A DNA stretch of 64,000 bases from the NCBI GenBank assembly GCA_963848295.1, contig CAWKDB010000010.1, forward strand, positions 1,472,001 to 1,536,000, given 5' to 3'. The first letter of the stretch is position 1. The number at the start of each line of letters is the position of its first letter. Below the pieces are notes generated by a model. It was not told the origin of the DNA and searched no databases. It worked only from the letters and a program-made list of their open reading frames with translations. The position numbers and the translations under genes were made by a program. Shown here in pieces: positions 35,642 through 48,943 of this stretch. This DNA comes from an uncultured delta proteobacterium. GTDB lineage: Bacteria > Myxococcota_A > Polyangia > Haliangiales > Haliangiaceae.

Positions 35642-37558
35642 ATGCGCCTGCTTCGTACTTCCACGCTCGTCGCTCTCGCCGCGTGTAGCACCAGCCCCTC
35701 CAAGCTCGAGACCGCGCCGCTGGCCGCGAGTCACTCCGAGGCCTCGCCGGCGGCGCTCGGGCTCTCGGCGATGACCGGTGATGACAAGCCCGGTGGCTTC
35801 GACATCCGTGGTGCGCTCGCGAAGATCAAAGACTCCATCGACAAGCCAGGACCCTACGAAGCGCCGTCCAAGTCGGCCGACTTCGACGAGGGTAAGCCTC
35901 ATTGGGATGTATTGCGGCTGTCGGGCCACGTCGTGGAGCGCGAAGGGTTCTCGCTGTTCGGTGGCAAAGGCACCGAGCTGCGCGCCTTGACCGAACGTCT
36001 CCACCAGCTCGCGAAGGTCGATAACCTCGTCGGCTTGCTCGTCGAGCTCGATGGCCTCGAGATCAGCCTGCCGGATCTGATCGAGTTGCGCGCCGCGATG
36101 CACGCGTTTCGCGCGACGAAGAAGCTGCGCTGCTACGCGGAAGGCGCGAACAACGCGACGTACCTCGTGCTCGCCGCATGCGACACGATCGCGATCGCGC
36201 CACTCGGTGAGGTCGCGATCTCCGGCCCGGCCGCGCTGCCGGTCCACATCAAGCCGCTGCTCGACAAGCTCGGCGTGCAAGCCGACTTCGTGCACATCGG
36301 CGCGTACAAGGGCGCGGCCGATCCGCTCGTTCGCGACTCGCCGTCGAAAGAAGCCGAGGAGACGCTCGGCGCGATCCTCGATCGGCGTTACGCGACGATG
36401 GTCGAGACGATCGCGGCCGACCGCAAGCTCGGTCCCGATACGGTCAAGACGCTGATCGACACCGCGTTGATCCCGGCGGAGCAGGCCAAGACGTCGCAGC
36501 TGATCGACGAGGTCACGACGTACGAGGCGTTCCGCGACGAGCCGAACCAGCCGTGGCGATCGATCGACGTCTCGCCCGACCACAAGGACATGCTGCACAC
36601 GTGGACGAAGATCGCACGGTTCGTCGGCGCGATGCCGCCGGAGCGCCCGACCGGTGATCACGTCGCCGTGATCTACGCGCTCGGTAACATCGTCAACGGC
36701 AAGGGCGACGGCGTGCTCGGCGCGCGCAAGGAGATCGCCGCCGACACGCTGATCGCGGCGATTCGCGCGATCAGCGCGGAAGACTCGGTCAAGGCGGTCG
36801 TGCTCCGCATCGACTCGGGCGGCGGCAGCGCGCAGGCCTCCGAGCTGATCTGGCGCTCGCTCGCGCAACTGGTCGCGAAGAAGCCGGTCGTCGTCTCGAT
36901 GAGCGACGTCGCGGCGAGCGGCGGTTACTACATCGCGAGCGGGGCGACGAAGATCTACGCGCTCGACGACACGATCACCGGCTCGATCGGCGTGATCGGC
37001 GGCCACATCGCACCGGCGGCCGCGCTCGCGAAGATCGGGATCAACACGTTCCCGACCGGCCGCGGCAAGCGCGCGACGATGTTCGCGAGCCTCGGGCCGT
37101 GGACCGACGACGAGCGCGACGCGATCAAGAAGACGATGGAGAGCGTCTACGACACGTTCATCGGCCGCGTCGCCGACGGTCGCCACAAGCCGAAGGACGT
37201 GATCGAGAAGATCGCAGCCGGGCGCGCGTGGACCGGCGCCGCCGGCAAGGAGCTCGGTCTCGTCGACGCGATCGGAGGGCTCGATGACGCGATCGCCGAA
37301 GCGAAGCAACTCGCGAAGGTCGACGCCGGCAGCGAGCTCGAGATCTACCCGCCCGAGCCGACCCTGCGCGACCTGATCGTCGGCTTCGGCCAGGGCGGCA
37401 GCCCGTTCGGCGTCTCGCTCGGCACCACCGCGATCGCCGAGCAGCTGCGCGCGCTGTCGCCCGAGGTCGCCGACACCGCGGCGACGTTGCTCCAGCTCGT
37501 CGAATCGTTCCGCACGACGACGATCCAGGCGGTGACCGTGCTGCCCGCGGTGCGGTGA
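35642..37558 (+). CDS. sppA: Signal peptide peptidase SppA (S49)
   Basis: GAYKGA, LRIDSGGGS, SMSDVAASGGY, TGSIGV, GRAWTG. Confidence 0.9.
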   Translation: MRLLRTSTLVALAACSTSPSKLETAPLAASHSEASPAALGLSAMTGDDKPGGFDIRGALAKIKDSIDKPGPYEAPSKSADFDEGKPHWDVLRLSGHVVEREGFSLFGGKGTELRALTERLHQLAKVDNLVGLLVELDGLEISLPDLIELRAAMHAFRATKKLRCYAEGANNATYLVLAACDTIAIAPLGEVAISGPAALPVHIKPLLDKLGVQADFVHIGAYKGAADPLVRDSPSKEAEETLGAILDRRYATMVETIAADRKLGPDTVKTLIDTALIPAEQAKTSQLIDEVTTYEAFRDEPNQPWRSIDVSPDHKDMLHTWTKIARFVGAMPPERPTGDHVAVIYALGNIVNGKGDGVLGARKEIAADTLIAAIRAISAEDSVKAVVLRIDSGGGSAQASELIWRSLAQLVAKKPVVVSMSDVAASGGYYIASGATKIYALDDTITGSIGVIGGHIAPAAALAKIGINTFPTGRGKRATMFASLGPWTDDERDAIKKTMESVYDTFIGRVADGRHKPKDVIEKIAAGRAWTGAAGKELGLVDAIGGLDDAIAEAKQLAKVDAGSELEIYPPEPTLRDLIVGFGQGGSPFGVSLGTTAIAEQLRALSPEVADTAATLLQLVESFRTTTIQAVTVLPAVR

Positions 37559-38592
37559 TGCGCGCGATCGTCGCCGCCGCGCTGCTCGTCGCCTGTGGCG
37601 GCCACGATCCCGAAACGACCAGCGCGCCGGCGGCGAAGCTCGCGACGGTCGACAAGCCCGCCGTCGCCGAAGGGCCACAGGGGCGCGTCCACGAGGTTCG
37701 GTTCGACAGCGCCGCGCTCGGCGTGGCGAAGCGCTACTTCGCGTACCTCCCGGCGAGCTACGACCAGCGCCGCGACGCTCGCTTCCCGGTGTTCTACTAC
37801 CTGCACGGGCTGACCGGCGACGAGACGAGCTGGCTCGAAGGCGGTCACCTCGACGCGGTCGCCGACCAGCTCGGGCTCGAGGCGATCGTCATCATGCCGG
37901 ACGGCGACGACGGCTGGTACGCCGACTCCGACTCGCCGGTCGACTACGACCGGTGCATGAAAGACGGCACCGGCCTGTTCATGCCGGGAGCGCAGAAGCC
38001 GGCGGAGACGTGCGTTCGCCACCGCAAGTACGAGACGTACATCACGCGAGATCTGATGAAAGACGTCGACGCGCGCTACCGCACGATCGCCGACCGCTCC
38101 GGTCGCGCGATCGCCGGACTATCGATGGGCGGCTTCGGCGCGCTCGAGCTCGCGATGCGCCACCCCGAGCTCTACGCCGCCGCCGCGAGCCACTCCGGCG
38201 TCGACTCGATGTTCTACAAGGCGCCGCATCCGTACGCGGCGGGCAAGGTCGAGCTGATCACCGACGTGACCGACTGGCAGCGCGCGGTACCGAAGATCGG
38301 CGACTGGGTCGTCATGCTGTTCGGCACCGACATCGCGAACTGGAAGGCGCACGATCCGGCGACGCTCGCGCAGTCGCTCGAGCCCGGCAAGCTCGCGCTC
38401 TACCTCGACTGCGGTACGGAGGACGACTTCCAGCTTCAAGATGGCGCGTCGTACCTGCACGACGTGCTGACCGCGCGCCACATCGAGCACACGTTCTTCC
38501 TCGGGCCCGGCGGTCATAACTTCCGATTCTGGGGCCCGCGCTTGCCCGACAGCCTCGCGTTCCTGCGCGATCACACGACCAAGCCGCTGTAG
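37558..38592 (+). CDS. Esterase (alpha/beta hydrolase) lipoprotein
   Basis: YYLHG, GLSMGG, DCGTED, GGHNF. Confidence 0.85.
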   Translation: MRAIVAAALLVACGGHDPETTSAPAAKLATVDKPAVAEGPQGRVHEVRFDSAALGVAKRYFAYLPASYDQRRDARFPVFYYLHGLTGDETSWLEGGHLDAVADQLGLEAIVIMPDGDDGWYADSDSPVDYDRCMKDGTGLFMPGAQKPAETCVRHRKYETYITRDLMKDVDARYRTIADRSGRAIAGLSMGGFGALELAMRHPELYAAAASHSGVDSMFYKAPHPYAAGKVELITDVTDWQRAVPKIGDWVVMLFGTDIANWKAHDPATLAQSLEPGKLALYLDCGTEDDFQLQDGASYLHDVLTARHIEHTFFLGPGGHNFRFWGPRLPDSLAFLRDHTTKPL

Positions 38593-38602
38593 CCCTCGCC
38601 GT

Positions 38603-41386
38603 TCAGGTCGTCGAGAGCATCCGGGTCAGCGCCTTGACCGCATCGCGCGCGCGCTCGACGTGCTCGGCCGCCGCGCTCACCGCGCTCGACACCGCGACGA
38701 CGGCCTCGCTCTGGTCCATCGTCGCGGTCTCGTCGCTCGCGGCGCGCATGTTCGAGCGCAGCGAATCGATCGACTCTTCGAGCGCGCTCAGGTGCTCGGC
38801 GAACTCGATCGGCAGGGCGTTGCCGGTGCGAGTCGGTTCGTCCTCTTGCGCGCGCTCCTGCGCCGCGAGCCGCGCTTCGGCGTCTGCGAGCTTTTGCTCG
38901 AGGTCGCTCGCACGCGCGACGAGCGACGTGTAGCGCGACACGTCGGCCTTGGCGGTGACCTCCGGCTCGCGTACGGCCTCGCGCATCGCGGAACGGCGAT
39001 TCGTCGTCTGCTCGAGCTCGCGCTCGGTCTCGAGCACCGAGGCTCGCTCTTTCGCGGCTCGCAGCTCGCGCTGCAGACCGGCGATCTCGCGCTCGGTGTT
39101 CGCCGCGAACTGGCGGACATTTTCGGCCGAATCGACCTCGCCTTGCAGCTGGGTGACGCGCTCGGTGAGCTGCGCGGCCTGCTGGGTCGCGGCGACGAAC
39201 TTGCCTTCGCTGTCGCGCGCGCGGCGCTCGGCATCGACGATGCGCTCGGCGGCGTCCTTCGCGCGAGCCTCGATGTCCTTCGCGCGAGCTTCGATGTCGC
39301 GCCCGCGCTGCTCCGTCTCGCGCAGCTGCGCCGCGAGCTGGCTCGCCTGGGTCTCGGCGTCGTGGACGCGGCGCTCGGCCTCGGCGATCGCCTCGAGCGT
39401 CGGCGTGTGGACGTTCGTCTGGTTGCCGGTCGAGCGCTCGGCCCACGCGAGCTTCGCGAGCGCCTCGTCGAGCTGGCGCTGCAACGCCATCGCGCGACCG
39501 ATCGCGAGATCCGCTTCTTCGGAGCTCGCGGCGAAGTGCGTGACCTGGTCTTCCGCCGCGACCGCGCGCTGCTGGGCGGAAGCGACGAGCTGATCGGCAT
39601 CGCCCGCGCGTTGCTCGGCCTCGGCGGCTCGCCGGTCGGAATCCGCGGCTCGCCGCTCGGCTTCCCCGAGCTTGGCACGCGTGGCCTCGAGCTCCCGGCG
39701 CACGGCGTCGAGCTCGCGCACCGCGCTGTCGAGCTTCGCGTTCGCCGCGTGGAGCTCGGCCGGATCGAGCGCTCCCGCGGCTTGGTTGGCCGCCGCCGTT
39801 TGCACGCTCGCGAGCTGGCGCTCGAGCTCCGCGATCCGCGCCCGCGTCTCTTCAATCGCGACCGCCGCGGCGGTTTGCTCGAGCGCGATCGTGCCCTCGA
39901 GGTCCTGGATCTTGTCCTCGTGCGCGGCGAGCTGGGCCTCGTACTCGGCGAGCTTGCGCTCCGCATCGGCCGCTCGCTGTTCGAGCGCGGGCACGGTGCT
40001 CTTCGCGTCGGCCAGCTCGCGCTCGAGCTGGGTCTTGCGATCGACGAGCGCGAGCGCGCCCTTGCGCTCGGCGGCGAGCTCGCGCGCGGCCTGATCGATC
40101 CTCGCGGCGCTATCGCGCTGAGTCGCGCCGACCTGGGCTTGCACCTCGGCGCGCAAGCGCTCGGCCTCGGCGATCGCGGCGAGCCGCTCGGCTTCGCGCG
40201 CATCGGCTTCCGTCCCCCGCCGCATCGCGTCGTCGAACGCGCGATTCTGCGAGACTCGAGCGCGATCGGCTTCGACCGCGCGGTGCAGCGCTTCGGCGAC
40301 GTCCTTCGCCATCGCCTTCGCCATCGTATCGGCCGCGCGCGCACGCTGTTCCGCCATCTCCGCCCGCGCCTTCTCGGCGGCGAGCTCGGCCTTCACCGCC
40401 GCCTCGGCGGCCTTTGCGGTCGTCTCGGCTGCTTTCGCGGCGGCGATCTTGCTGTCGGCGCTGCCCGCGGTCTCGGTCGCCTTTGCGGCGGTCGACTCGA
40501 GCTCGCCGAGGCGCTGCGCGCGCGTCTCGAACTGGGCCTTGAGCTGGCCGAGCTCCGCGGTGATCGCGGCGAGCTTGCCGGCCGCATCGCCGGCGCTCCG
40601 CTCCGCACCCTGCGCGCGGATCTGCGCGGCGGCGAGCTCCTGGTCGGCCTTGTCGGCGCGCGCGTTGGCCTCGACGAGCTCCGCGGCGAGCTCCGCGGTC
40701 TTGGGATCGGGCTGCCCGAGCGCGCGCTTCGCGGTCGCGAGCTCGCCCTCGAGCCGCGAGATCGTCATGTCCGATTCGGCGAACCGCTCGGCGGTATCGA
40801 TGCCCTTCTGGGTCTCGGCGATGATCTTCGCTTCGCGCGCCTTCGCCGCTTCGAGCCGGGCCACTTCGAGCTCCTTGGCGCTCGTCGTGCGCAACGCATC
40901 GAGCTCGGCGCGCAGCTGCTCCGCGTCGCCCGCATGGGCGCCTTGCGTCGTCCCGGCCGCGCGCAGCTCCTCGTGCAGCTCGCCGACCCGCTTCGCGAAC
41001 GCATTGCGCTCGTCCTCGACCGCGGAGCGGGCCTTGCGCTCCATCTCGAGCCATTGCGCGAGCGTGCCGTGCAGACCGTTCGGCGGCGGCAGCGTGCCGC
41101 TCGTGGGCAACAGCCGGATCACGAGGCTGCCGACCAGCACGATCTCGCCGGTCGGCACCGGCGCGCGGTTGACCTTGTTCGGCCCGACGTAGATCCCGTT
41201 CGAGCTACCGAGGTCCTCGACCCACAGCGCGCCCTGGTCGACGAAGAACCGCGCGTGATTGCGCGACACCCGCGGGTCCTCGCTGCGGATCGCACATTCG
41301 GCGCCACGCCCGACGAGGATCGGTTCGGCGCCCAGCGAAAACGAGCGATCGACGCCGTCGACGTCCGTATAGACGAGGGTCGCCAT
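38603..41386 (-). CDS. FHA domain + long coiled-coil protein
   Basis: VGR..SRNHA..DLGSSNG FHA motifs, ~800 aa heptad-rich region. Confidence 0.85.
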   Translation of the reverse strand: MATLVYTDVDGVDRSFSLGAEPILVGRGAECAIRSEDPRVSRNHARFFVDQGALWVEDLGSSNGIYVGPNKVNRAPVPTGEIVLVGSLVIRLLPTSGTLPPPNGLHGTLAQWLEMERKARSAVEDERNAFAKRVGELHEELRAAGTTQGAHAGDAEQLRAELDALRTTSAKELEVARLEAAKAREAKIIAETQKGIDTAERFAESDMTISRLEGELATAKRALGQPDPKTAELAAELVEANARADKADQELAAAQIRAQGAERSAGDAAGKLAAITAELGQLKAQFETRAQRLGELESTAAKATETAGSADSKIAAAKAAETTAKAAEAAVKAELAAEKARAEMAEQRARAADTMAKAMAKDVAEALHRAVEADRARVSQNRAFDDAMRRGTEADAREAERLAAIAEAERLRAEVQAQVGATQRDSAARIDQAARELAAERKGALALVDRKTQLERELADAKSTVPALEQRAADAERKLAEYEAQLAAHEDKIQDLEGTIALEQTAAAVAIEETRARIAELERQLASVQTAAANQAAGALDPAELHAANAKLDSAVRELDAVRRELEATRAKLGEAERRAADSDRRAAEAEQRAGDADQLVASAQQRAVAAEDQVTHFAASSEEADLAIGRAMALQRQLDEALAKLAWAERSTGNQTNVHTPTLEAIAEAERRVHDAETQASQLAAQLRETEQRGRDIEARAKDIEARAKDAAERIVDAERRARDSEGKFVAATQQAAQLTERVTQLQGEVDSAENVRQFAANTEREIAGLQRELRAAKERASVLETERELEQTTNRRSAMREAVREPEVTAKADVSRYTSLVARASDLEQKLADAEARLAAQERAQEDEPTRTGNALPIEFAEHLSALEESIDSLRSNMRAASDETATMDQSEAVVAVSSAVSAAAEHVERARDAVKALTRMLSTT

Positions 41387-41421
41387 TCCCTGGCGCGCAA
41401 CGTATCACACCGACGCGATCG

Positions 41422-42609
41422 CTAGCCGCCGAGGGCGGCGATCAACTGCTCGGCGGTCGCGAGCGCGCGGTCGGTGTCGTCATCGAGCAGGAGCACGTGA
41501 CCCATCTTGCGGCCCGGCGCGGCGGCGTCCTTGCCGTAGAGATGGAGGTGCGCTTCGGGGCGCTCGAGCACGGGCGCCCACGACGGCGGACCCGAGCGCC
41601 ACAGATCGCCTGTCAGGTTGACCATCACCGCGCCGGTCAGCGCGCGCGGATCGCCGAGCGCGAGGCCGCAGATCGCGCGCACGTGTTGCTCGAACTGCGA
41701 GGTCGCACACGCGCCGTAGGTGTAGTGCCCGCTGTTGTGCGTGCGCGGCGCGATCTCGTTGACCAGCAGCTCGCCGCTCGCGAGCTCGAACAGCTCGACC
41801 GCCATCACGCCGACGTGATCGAGCGCCTCGGCGACGGTCACCGCGATGTGCTCGGCGCGGGTCTTCGCGGCGGGCGTGATCGGCGCGGGCGCGCGCGTCG
41901 TGTGCAGGATGTGCCGGCGGTGCACGTTCTCGGCGATCGGATAGATCCGGATCTCGCCGCTCGTCCCGCGGGCGAGCACGACCGAGATCTCGCGGGTGAA
42001 CGGCACGAGCGCCTCGGCGACCGCGGGCTCGCCGCGCAACCTCGCGACCTCGGCCGTCCCGTCGCCGCTCTCGATCCGGACCTGGCCTTTACCGTCGTAA
42101 CCGGCGCGGCGGACCTTCACGATCGCGGGGCGACCGAGCCGAGCGAGCGCGGACGACAGCTCGGCCGGCGTCGAGGCAGGGGCCCACGCGGCCTGCGGCA
42201 GCCCGAGCTCGTCGAGGAATTGCTTCTGGACCTGGCGGTCCTGGATCGTCCGCAGCACCGCGGCACTGGGCCGCACCGGCGCGATGTGCTCGAGCTCGGC
42301 GAGCAGGTCCGCGGGCACGTGCTCGGTGTCGAGCGTGATGACGTCGACCTGGCGCGCGAGGTGGCGCGCCGCTTCGAGATCGTCGAGCGCGCCGACGACG
42401 ACGCCATCGGACACCTGCGCGGTCGGACAGCGCGTGCTCGGATCGAGCACGACGACGCGGTAGCCCATCTGGCGCGCCGCGAGCGCCATCATCCGGCCGA
42501 GCTGACCGCCGCCGAGCACCCCGATCGTCCCGCCGGGCAGGACGGCCCGGATCGGCATGCGACCGTCAGCACCGCCGGATGGCGATGCGGTTCGATCGCC
42601 GGGGTTCAC
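41422..42609 (-). CDS. purK: N5-CAIR synthase
   Basis: [32 protein letters not shown]; alternative start 42558. Confidence 0.95.
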   Translation of the reverse strand: MNPGDRTASPSGGADGRMPIRAVLPGGTIGVLGGGQLGRMMALAARQMGYRVVVLDPSTRCPTAQVSDGVVVGALDDLEAARHLARQVDVITLDTEHVPADLLAELEHIAPVRPSAAVLRTIQDRQVQKQFLDELGLPQAAWAPASTPAELSSALARLGRPAIVKVRRAGYDGKGQVRIESGDGTAEVARLRGEPAVAEALVPFTREISVVLARGTSGEIRIYPIAENVHRRHILHTTRAPAPITPAAKTRAEHIAVTVAEALDHVGVMAVELFELASGELLVNEIAPRTHNSGHYTYGACATSQFEQHVRAICGLALGDPRALTGAVMVNLTGDLWRSGPPSWAPVLERPEAHLHLYGKDAAAPGRKMGHVLLLDDDTDRALATAEQLIAALGG

Positions 42610-43082
42610 GTCAGCTCGTCCTTCAACACGCGCGCGGTCTGGGCATCGCGATACGCCTCGAGCCGCGTCGCCAGCGCGGGATCGCCGAGCGCGATGATCG
42701 CCGCAGCGAGCAGGCCGGCGTTCGCTGCGCCGGCTTCGCCGATCGCGAGCGTGCCGACCGGGATACCTTTCGGCATCTGGACGATCGACAGCAGCGAGTC
42801 CATCCCGTTGAGGGCCTTCGACTGCACCGGCACGCCGAGCACCGGCAACCAGGTCTTCGCCGCGGTCATCCCCGGCAGGTGCGCGGCGCCACCCGCGCCG
42901 GCGATGATCACGCCGATCTCGCGTTCGGCCGCGGTCTCCGCATACTCGAACAGCAAGTCCGGCGTGCGGTGCGCCGACACGATGCGCTTCTCGTAGGGCA
43001 CGCCGAGCTCGTCGAGCACGTCAGCGGCGTGCTTCATCGTGGCCCAGTCGCTCTGCGAGCCCATGATGATTCCGACCTTCAT
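42606..43082 (-). CDS. purE: N5-CAIR mutase
   Basis: [33 protein letters not shown]. Confidence 0.97.
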   Translation of the reverse strand: MKVGIIMGSQSDWATMKHAADVLDELGVPYEKRIVSAHRTPDLLFEYAETAAEREIGVIIAGAGGAAHLPGMTAAKTWLPVLGVPVQSKALNGMDSLLSIVQMPKGIPVGTLAIGEAGAANAGLLAAAIIALGDPALATRLEAYRDAQTARVLKDELT

Positions 43083-44044
43083 GTCTGTCCTTTGGGCCCG
43101 GCGGCGCGGCGCAGCCGATCGCCGACAGCTTCGCCCAGCCCGACCGCCGGAGGCAACGCGGCGATCACGACATCTACACCGGCGGCGTCGAGATCGCGCA
43201 GCGCGGCGTACAGCTCGCGAGCGATCCCCGGCAGATCATCCGGCAACGGATGGGTAAGCGCGCGCAGGTCGGGCCACGCCGCGAACGCCGAGCGCGGCGC
43301 CAGGACCGCCACGATGCCGCGGGCCGCCGCGACCGCAGCGGGGACATCGGCCGGGTCCACCGCGATGACCTCGGCGCGCGGCGCGTAGTGGCTCGCGAGG
43401 GTACCCGGCGCGGCGGGGGCCGAGGCGTCGGCATCGGCGAGCGAGCCGACGATCGCCTCGATCGCTTCGCGCGCCATCCCGCCCGGGCGCAGCAGCGTCG
43501 GTCGATCGCGCGACAGGTCCACGATCGTCGACTCGACCCCGATGACGCAGGCGCCACCGTCGAGCAGGTAGTCGACCTCGTCGCCGAGATCGGCCGCCAC
43601 GTGGTCGGCGGTGGTCGGGCTGACTCGACCGAAGCGATTCGCACTCGGCGCCGCGATCGCGCCGCCGAACGCGCGCAACAGCTGCTGTGCGATCGAGTGC
43701 GCCGGCACGCGCAAGCCGACGGTGTCGGCGCCGCCGGTCGCCGCGAGCGAGACTCGTGGGCCGCGGCGCAGGATGATCGTGAGCGGGCCCGGCCACGCCG
43801 CCGCCGCGAGCGTGCGCGCGATCGGCGGAATCTCGATCGCGAAGTCGTCGAGCACGGCCTCGGGCCCGAGGTGCACGATCAACGGGTGCGCGCGCGGTCG
43901 GCCCTTCGCCGCGAAGATGTTCGCGACGGCCTGGTCGCTCGCGGCGTCCCCGCCGAGGCCATAGACCGTCTCGGTCGGAAACGCGACGAGCCCGCCGGCG
44001 CGCAGGACGCCGGCCGCCGCCTCGATGTCGGTGCCCCGCTTCAC
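43079..44044 (-). CDS. tsaC: L-threonylcarbamoyladenylate synthase (Sua5 type)
   Basis: [33 protein letters not shown] Sua5 C-domain. Confidence 0.93.
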   Translation of the reverse strand: MKRGTDIEAAAGVLRAGGLVAFPTETVYGLGGDAASDQAVANIFAAKGRPRAHPLIVHLGPEAVLDDFAIEIPPIARTLAAAAWPGPLTIILRRGPRVSLAATGGADTVGLRVPAHSIAQQLLRAFGGAIAAPSANRFGRVSPTTADHVAADLGDEVDYLLDGGACVIGVESTIVDLSRDRPTLLRPGGMAREAIEAIVGSLADADASAPAAPGTLASHYAPRAEVIAVDPADVPAAVAAARGIVAVLAPRSAFAAWPDLRALTHPLPDDLPGIARELYAALRDLDAAGVDVVIAALPPAVGLGEAVGDRLRRAAGPKGQT

Positions 44045-44622
44045 GCTCCGGGCCGGGTTGCGACGAACGACGCGCGATCGCCCCAGGCGGCGCGCACGCC
44101 CTCCACCGAACGCACGCGCTCCATCGGGTACGTGTTGCGAAACTCCATCCAGTCGAGTGCGCACACCAGCGAGATCTCCGCGAGCCCCAGGCCGTGGCCG
44201 AAACCGCCGCCGTCTTCGTTCAGCTGATTCGCCAGCCAGTCGAAGATCGCGTCGGCGCGGGCGAGCTGGCGGTTGGCGTAGGGCGTGCCATCGATCGCGA
44301 CGCCGTCGCGCCGCAGATAGAACAGCTGGATCGTCGCATCGAGCGCGGCCTCGATCGCGTTCAGCACGTTGCGCTCGTCGCGCTCGACGATCGGCCCGCG
44401 TCCGTGTTGCGCGAACAGCTGCTCGATGATCGCGCGTGAATCGAACAGCGGCTCGCCGGCCACGATCGCGACCGGCACCTTGCGAATCGGCGAGACCTCG
44501 CGAAGCGCGGCTTGGCCGGCCTCGGTCGCGGTGTCGATCCGGTCGATCGGCTCGCCGAGCTCCGCGGCGACGATCCGGACGCGGCGGACGAAAGGCGACG
44601 TCGTGGTGCCGTAGAGCTGCAT
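44041..44622 (-). CDS. Glutathione S-transferase family protein
   Basis: SPFVRRV, SPIRKVP, LFDSRAI. Confidence 0.85.
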   Translation of the reverse strand: MQLYGTTTSPFVRRVRIVAAELGEPIDRIDTATEAGQAALREVSPIRKVPVAIVAGEPLFDSRAIIEQLFAQHGRGPIVERDERNVLNAIEAALDATIQLFYLRRDGVAIDGTPYANRQLARADAIFDWLANQLNEDGGGFGHGLGLAEISLVCALDWMEFRNTYPMERVRSVEGVRAAWGDRASFVATRPGA

Positions 44623-44641
44623 CGCCTACTAGGATACGCGA

Positions 44642-45010
44642 GTGGACGTGTTCTTGATCCGGCGTGCGACAGATCGCGAGCAGGCGACCCGTCTCGCCGA
44701 GCGGCTGCGCTGGCACGACTGCACCCCGACGCAGATCTGGGCGACCGGCGATGGCGTCGCGACCGCCGAGCGGCTCGCCGCGGTGATCGAAGCCGACGTC
44801 GCGATCGAGACGCGCGCGGAGCTCGACCCTTCGGCGTTGCCCGCGGACGCCGTGGTCATCATCGTCGCCGACGAGCCGGTGTTGTCCGCGCTCGCGACCG
44901 CGCTGCTCGCCACCGAGGTGATCCCGCTCGCGATCGCCGAGGCGCTGCGGATCAGCGATGGTCGGCTCAAGTGGCGGTTCGCGTGGGACGCGATCGCACC
45001 CGTGAAGTGA
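44642..45010 (+). CDS. Degenerate SixA-like small protein
   Basis: VFLIRRA.., VIIVADEP..SAL resemble SixA RH and VGHEP motifs without His. Confidence 0.45.
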   Translation: MDVFLIRRATDREQATRLAERLRWHDCTPTQIWATGDGVATAERLAAVIEADVAIETRAELDPSALPADAVVIIVADEPVLSALATALLATEVIPLAIAEALRISDGRLKWRFAWDAIAPVK

Positions 45011-46252
45011 TCACAGCAAGCCGACCGCGCGCTCGACCGCGAGCAACGCGAACGCCAGCGCGAGGCTGACCGCCGTGATCACCGCGCCGTAGCGCAGGAA
45101 CCGCCAGAAGCTGATGTGCAGCTTCGCGCCCTCGACCACGATGATGTTCGCGACGCTGCCGAACAACGTGAGGTTGCCGGACAGCGTGGACGCGACAGCG
45201 AGCATCACGTAGCCCCAGCGCGGGTCGGGCATGTGCGGAACCCAACCGACCGCGACGATCACGAGTGGCACGTTCGACACGAGATTCGACGCCAGGACGA
45301 CCAGCGCGATGAACGCGGCATCACCGACGACATCGCCGCGGCCGACGATCGGCGCGACCGCATCGAACATCCGCTCGAGCGCGCCGGTATGAGCGACGCC
45401 GGCGACCACGACGAACAGGCCCGCGAAGAACGCGAGCAGCGGCCAATCGACCACAGCGAACGCGCGGCGCTGAGCCTCGACGCTGGTCGACACGAGCAGC
45501 GCTGCAGCGGCGACCATCGCGGCGCCGGCGAGCGAGACGCCGGCGAGCGCGAGCCCCGCGAACAGGGCGAGAGCCGCGAGGCCTTTGCCGGTCGCGACGA
45601 CGTCGACCTTCGGCACTGGCGCGTGGAGCTCGCGCAGCCGGCGCGTCGGCAGCTCGTGACGGAACAACCATGCGAGCACGCCGCCGTTCGCCGCGAGGCA
45701 CACCGCGCCGATCGGCAGCATCAAGCCGAGGTAGTGCGCGAACCCGATCGCATCGTGCGCCGCCGCGCCGACGATCATGTTTTGTGGGTTGCCGGAGAAG
45801 CTGACGACGCCGCCGATGTTCGCGCCCGATGCGAGGGCGAGCAGAAACGGCAGAGGCTCGAGTGCGGCCTCGGCGGCGACCGTCACGACGAGCGGTGTCA
45901 GCACGACGCACACCGTGTCGTTCACGAGCAACGCGGATAGGCCACCGCCGACGAACGTGATCGCGAACAGCAGCGACCGGGCCGAATGTGCGCGGATCAG
46001 CACGTGGTGCGCGGCGAGCTTGAAGAACTGCGCCTCGCGCAGGTGCGCGGCGATCACGAGCACGCCGAACAGCAGCGCGATGACGTGGAGGTCGACCGCG
46101 GCGAGCGCGGCGTCGAGCGGCAGCCCGGCGACCGCGACCATCGCGACCGCGCCGACGATCGTGGCCGCCGGGCGATCGAACCCGAAGAAGCCGATCTTGC
46201 CGACAGCGATCAGCAGATACGTGGCGCAGAAGACGACGAGCGCGGCGGTCAC
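45011..46252 (-). CDS. SLC13/ArsB/CitMHS-type ion permease
   Basis: SALLVND, GNPQN, VSNVP, STLSGNLTLFGSVANIIV. Confidence 0.88.
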   Translation of the reverse strand: MTAALVVFCATYLLIAVGKIGFFGFDRPAATIVGAVAMVAVAGLPLDAALAAVDLHVIALLFGVLVIAAHLREAQFFKLAAHHVLIRAHSARSLLFAITFVGGGLSALLVNDTVCVVLTPLVVTVAAEAALEPLPFLLALASGANIGGVVSFSGNPQNMIVGAAAHDAIGFAHYLGLMLPIGAVCLAANGGVLAWLFRHELPTRRLRELHAPVPKVDVVATGKGLAALALFAGLALAGVSLAGAAMVAAAALLVSTSVEAQRRAFAVVDWPLLAFFAGLFVVVAGVAHTGALERMFDAVAPIVGRGDVVGDAAFIALVVLASNLVSNVPLVIVAVGWVPHMPDPRWGYVMLAVASTLSGNLTLFGSVANIIVVEGAKLHISFWRFLRYGAVITAVSLALAFALLAVERAVGLL

Positions 46253-46351
46253 GAGCGGTCACGATACGCCTGCGACACCGGCGAGGCGACTTGGCCGCGC
46301 CGGTCAGCACGTGCCATAGATCGCGGCGCCGGGCTGCACGTCGCGACCTGG

Positions 46352-47110
<759 letters not shown>

Positions 47111-47125
47111 CATACATTCGGGTCC

Positions 47126-48087
<962 letters not shown>

Positions 48088-48091
<4 letters not shown>

Positions 48092-48885
48092 CCGCTGCGT
48101 TCGGTCGGATCTGGGCGATCGCCTTGAACACGTTCCGCGAGGCAGCGCGCCTGCGCGTGGTCTATGGCTTCGCGGTCGTCGTCGTGCTCGCGAACTTGTT
48201 CGCGATCGTGCTCGGCCGGCTGTCGGTGCACGAGGACACGCGGATCGCGCAGGACGTCGGGCTCGGCGCGATCTCGCTCGTCGGCTCGTTGACCGCGATC
48301 TTCCTCGGCCTGTTCCTGCTCTACACCGAGGTCCAGCGCCGCACGATCCACGCGATCGTCAGCAAGCCGATCGAGCGCTGGGAGTTCGTCATCGGCAAGT
48401 ACACCGGGATGGCGCTCGTCCTGACGCTGCTCGTCGCGTTGTTCGCCCTCGCGATGGTGTTGCTGTTGCTCCAGCAAGGTGTCGGCGTGTCGATGCCGGT
48501 GATCGAGGCGATCGTGCTCGCGTGGGTCGAGGTGCTCGTCGTCGCCGCGATCGCGATCTTCTTCTCGTCGTTCTCGACGCCGTTCCTGTCCGCGATCTTC
48601 GCGCTCGCGATCTGGGCGCTCGGGCGCGTCACCCCGGACATCGAAGCCGCCGCCCGCGACGGGGCGACCGCACTGAAAGTGACGGCTCGGATCGCGCTCG
48701 AGCTCGTGCCCGATCTGCACTTGTTCTCGCCATCCGGACGGATCGTCGACGGCGTCGCCACATCGATCCACGGCGACTTCGTGTCGTGGGGCTACGTCGC
48801 CACCGCGAGCTTGCACGGGTTGGGCTGGATCGTCGCGCTGCTCGCGGTCGCGTGCCTGGTGTTCCAGCGCCGAGACTTCGTGTGA
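48088..48885 (+). CDS. ABC-2 permease (PilI-like)
   Basis: IALNTFREA, RRTI..SKPI.RWEFVIGKY, FQRRDF. Confidence 0.85.
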
Positions 48886-48943
48886 TGGGCGGTCGGGCTT
48901 TACAACGCCCGAGCCCCGTGCTTGCCTTCGCGCGGAGGCTACG

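Noticed and set aside
38660..41425. Long antisense and alternative-frame ORFs (also 23497-25764, 35630-37678 and others)
   Set aside because: Shadow ORFs expected from high-GC codon bias opposite well-supported genes.
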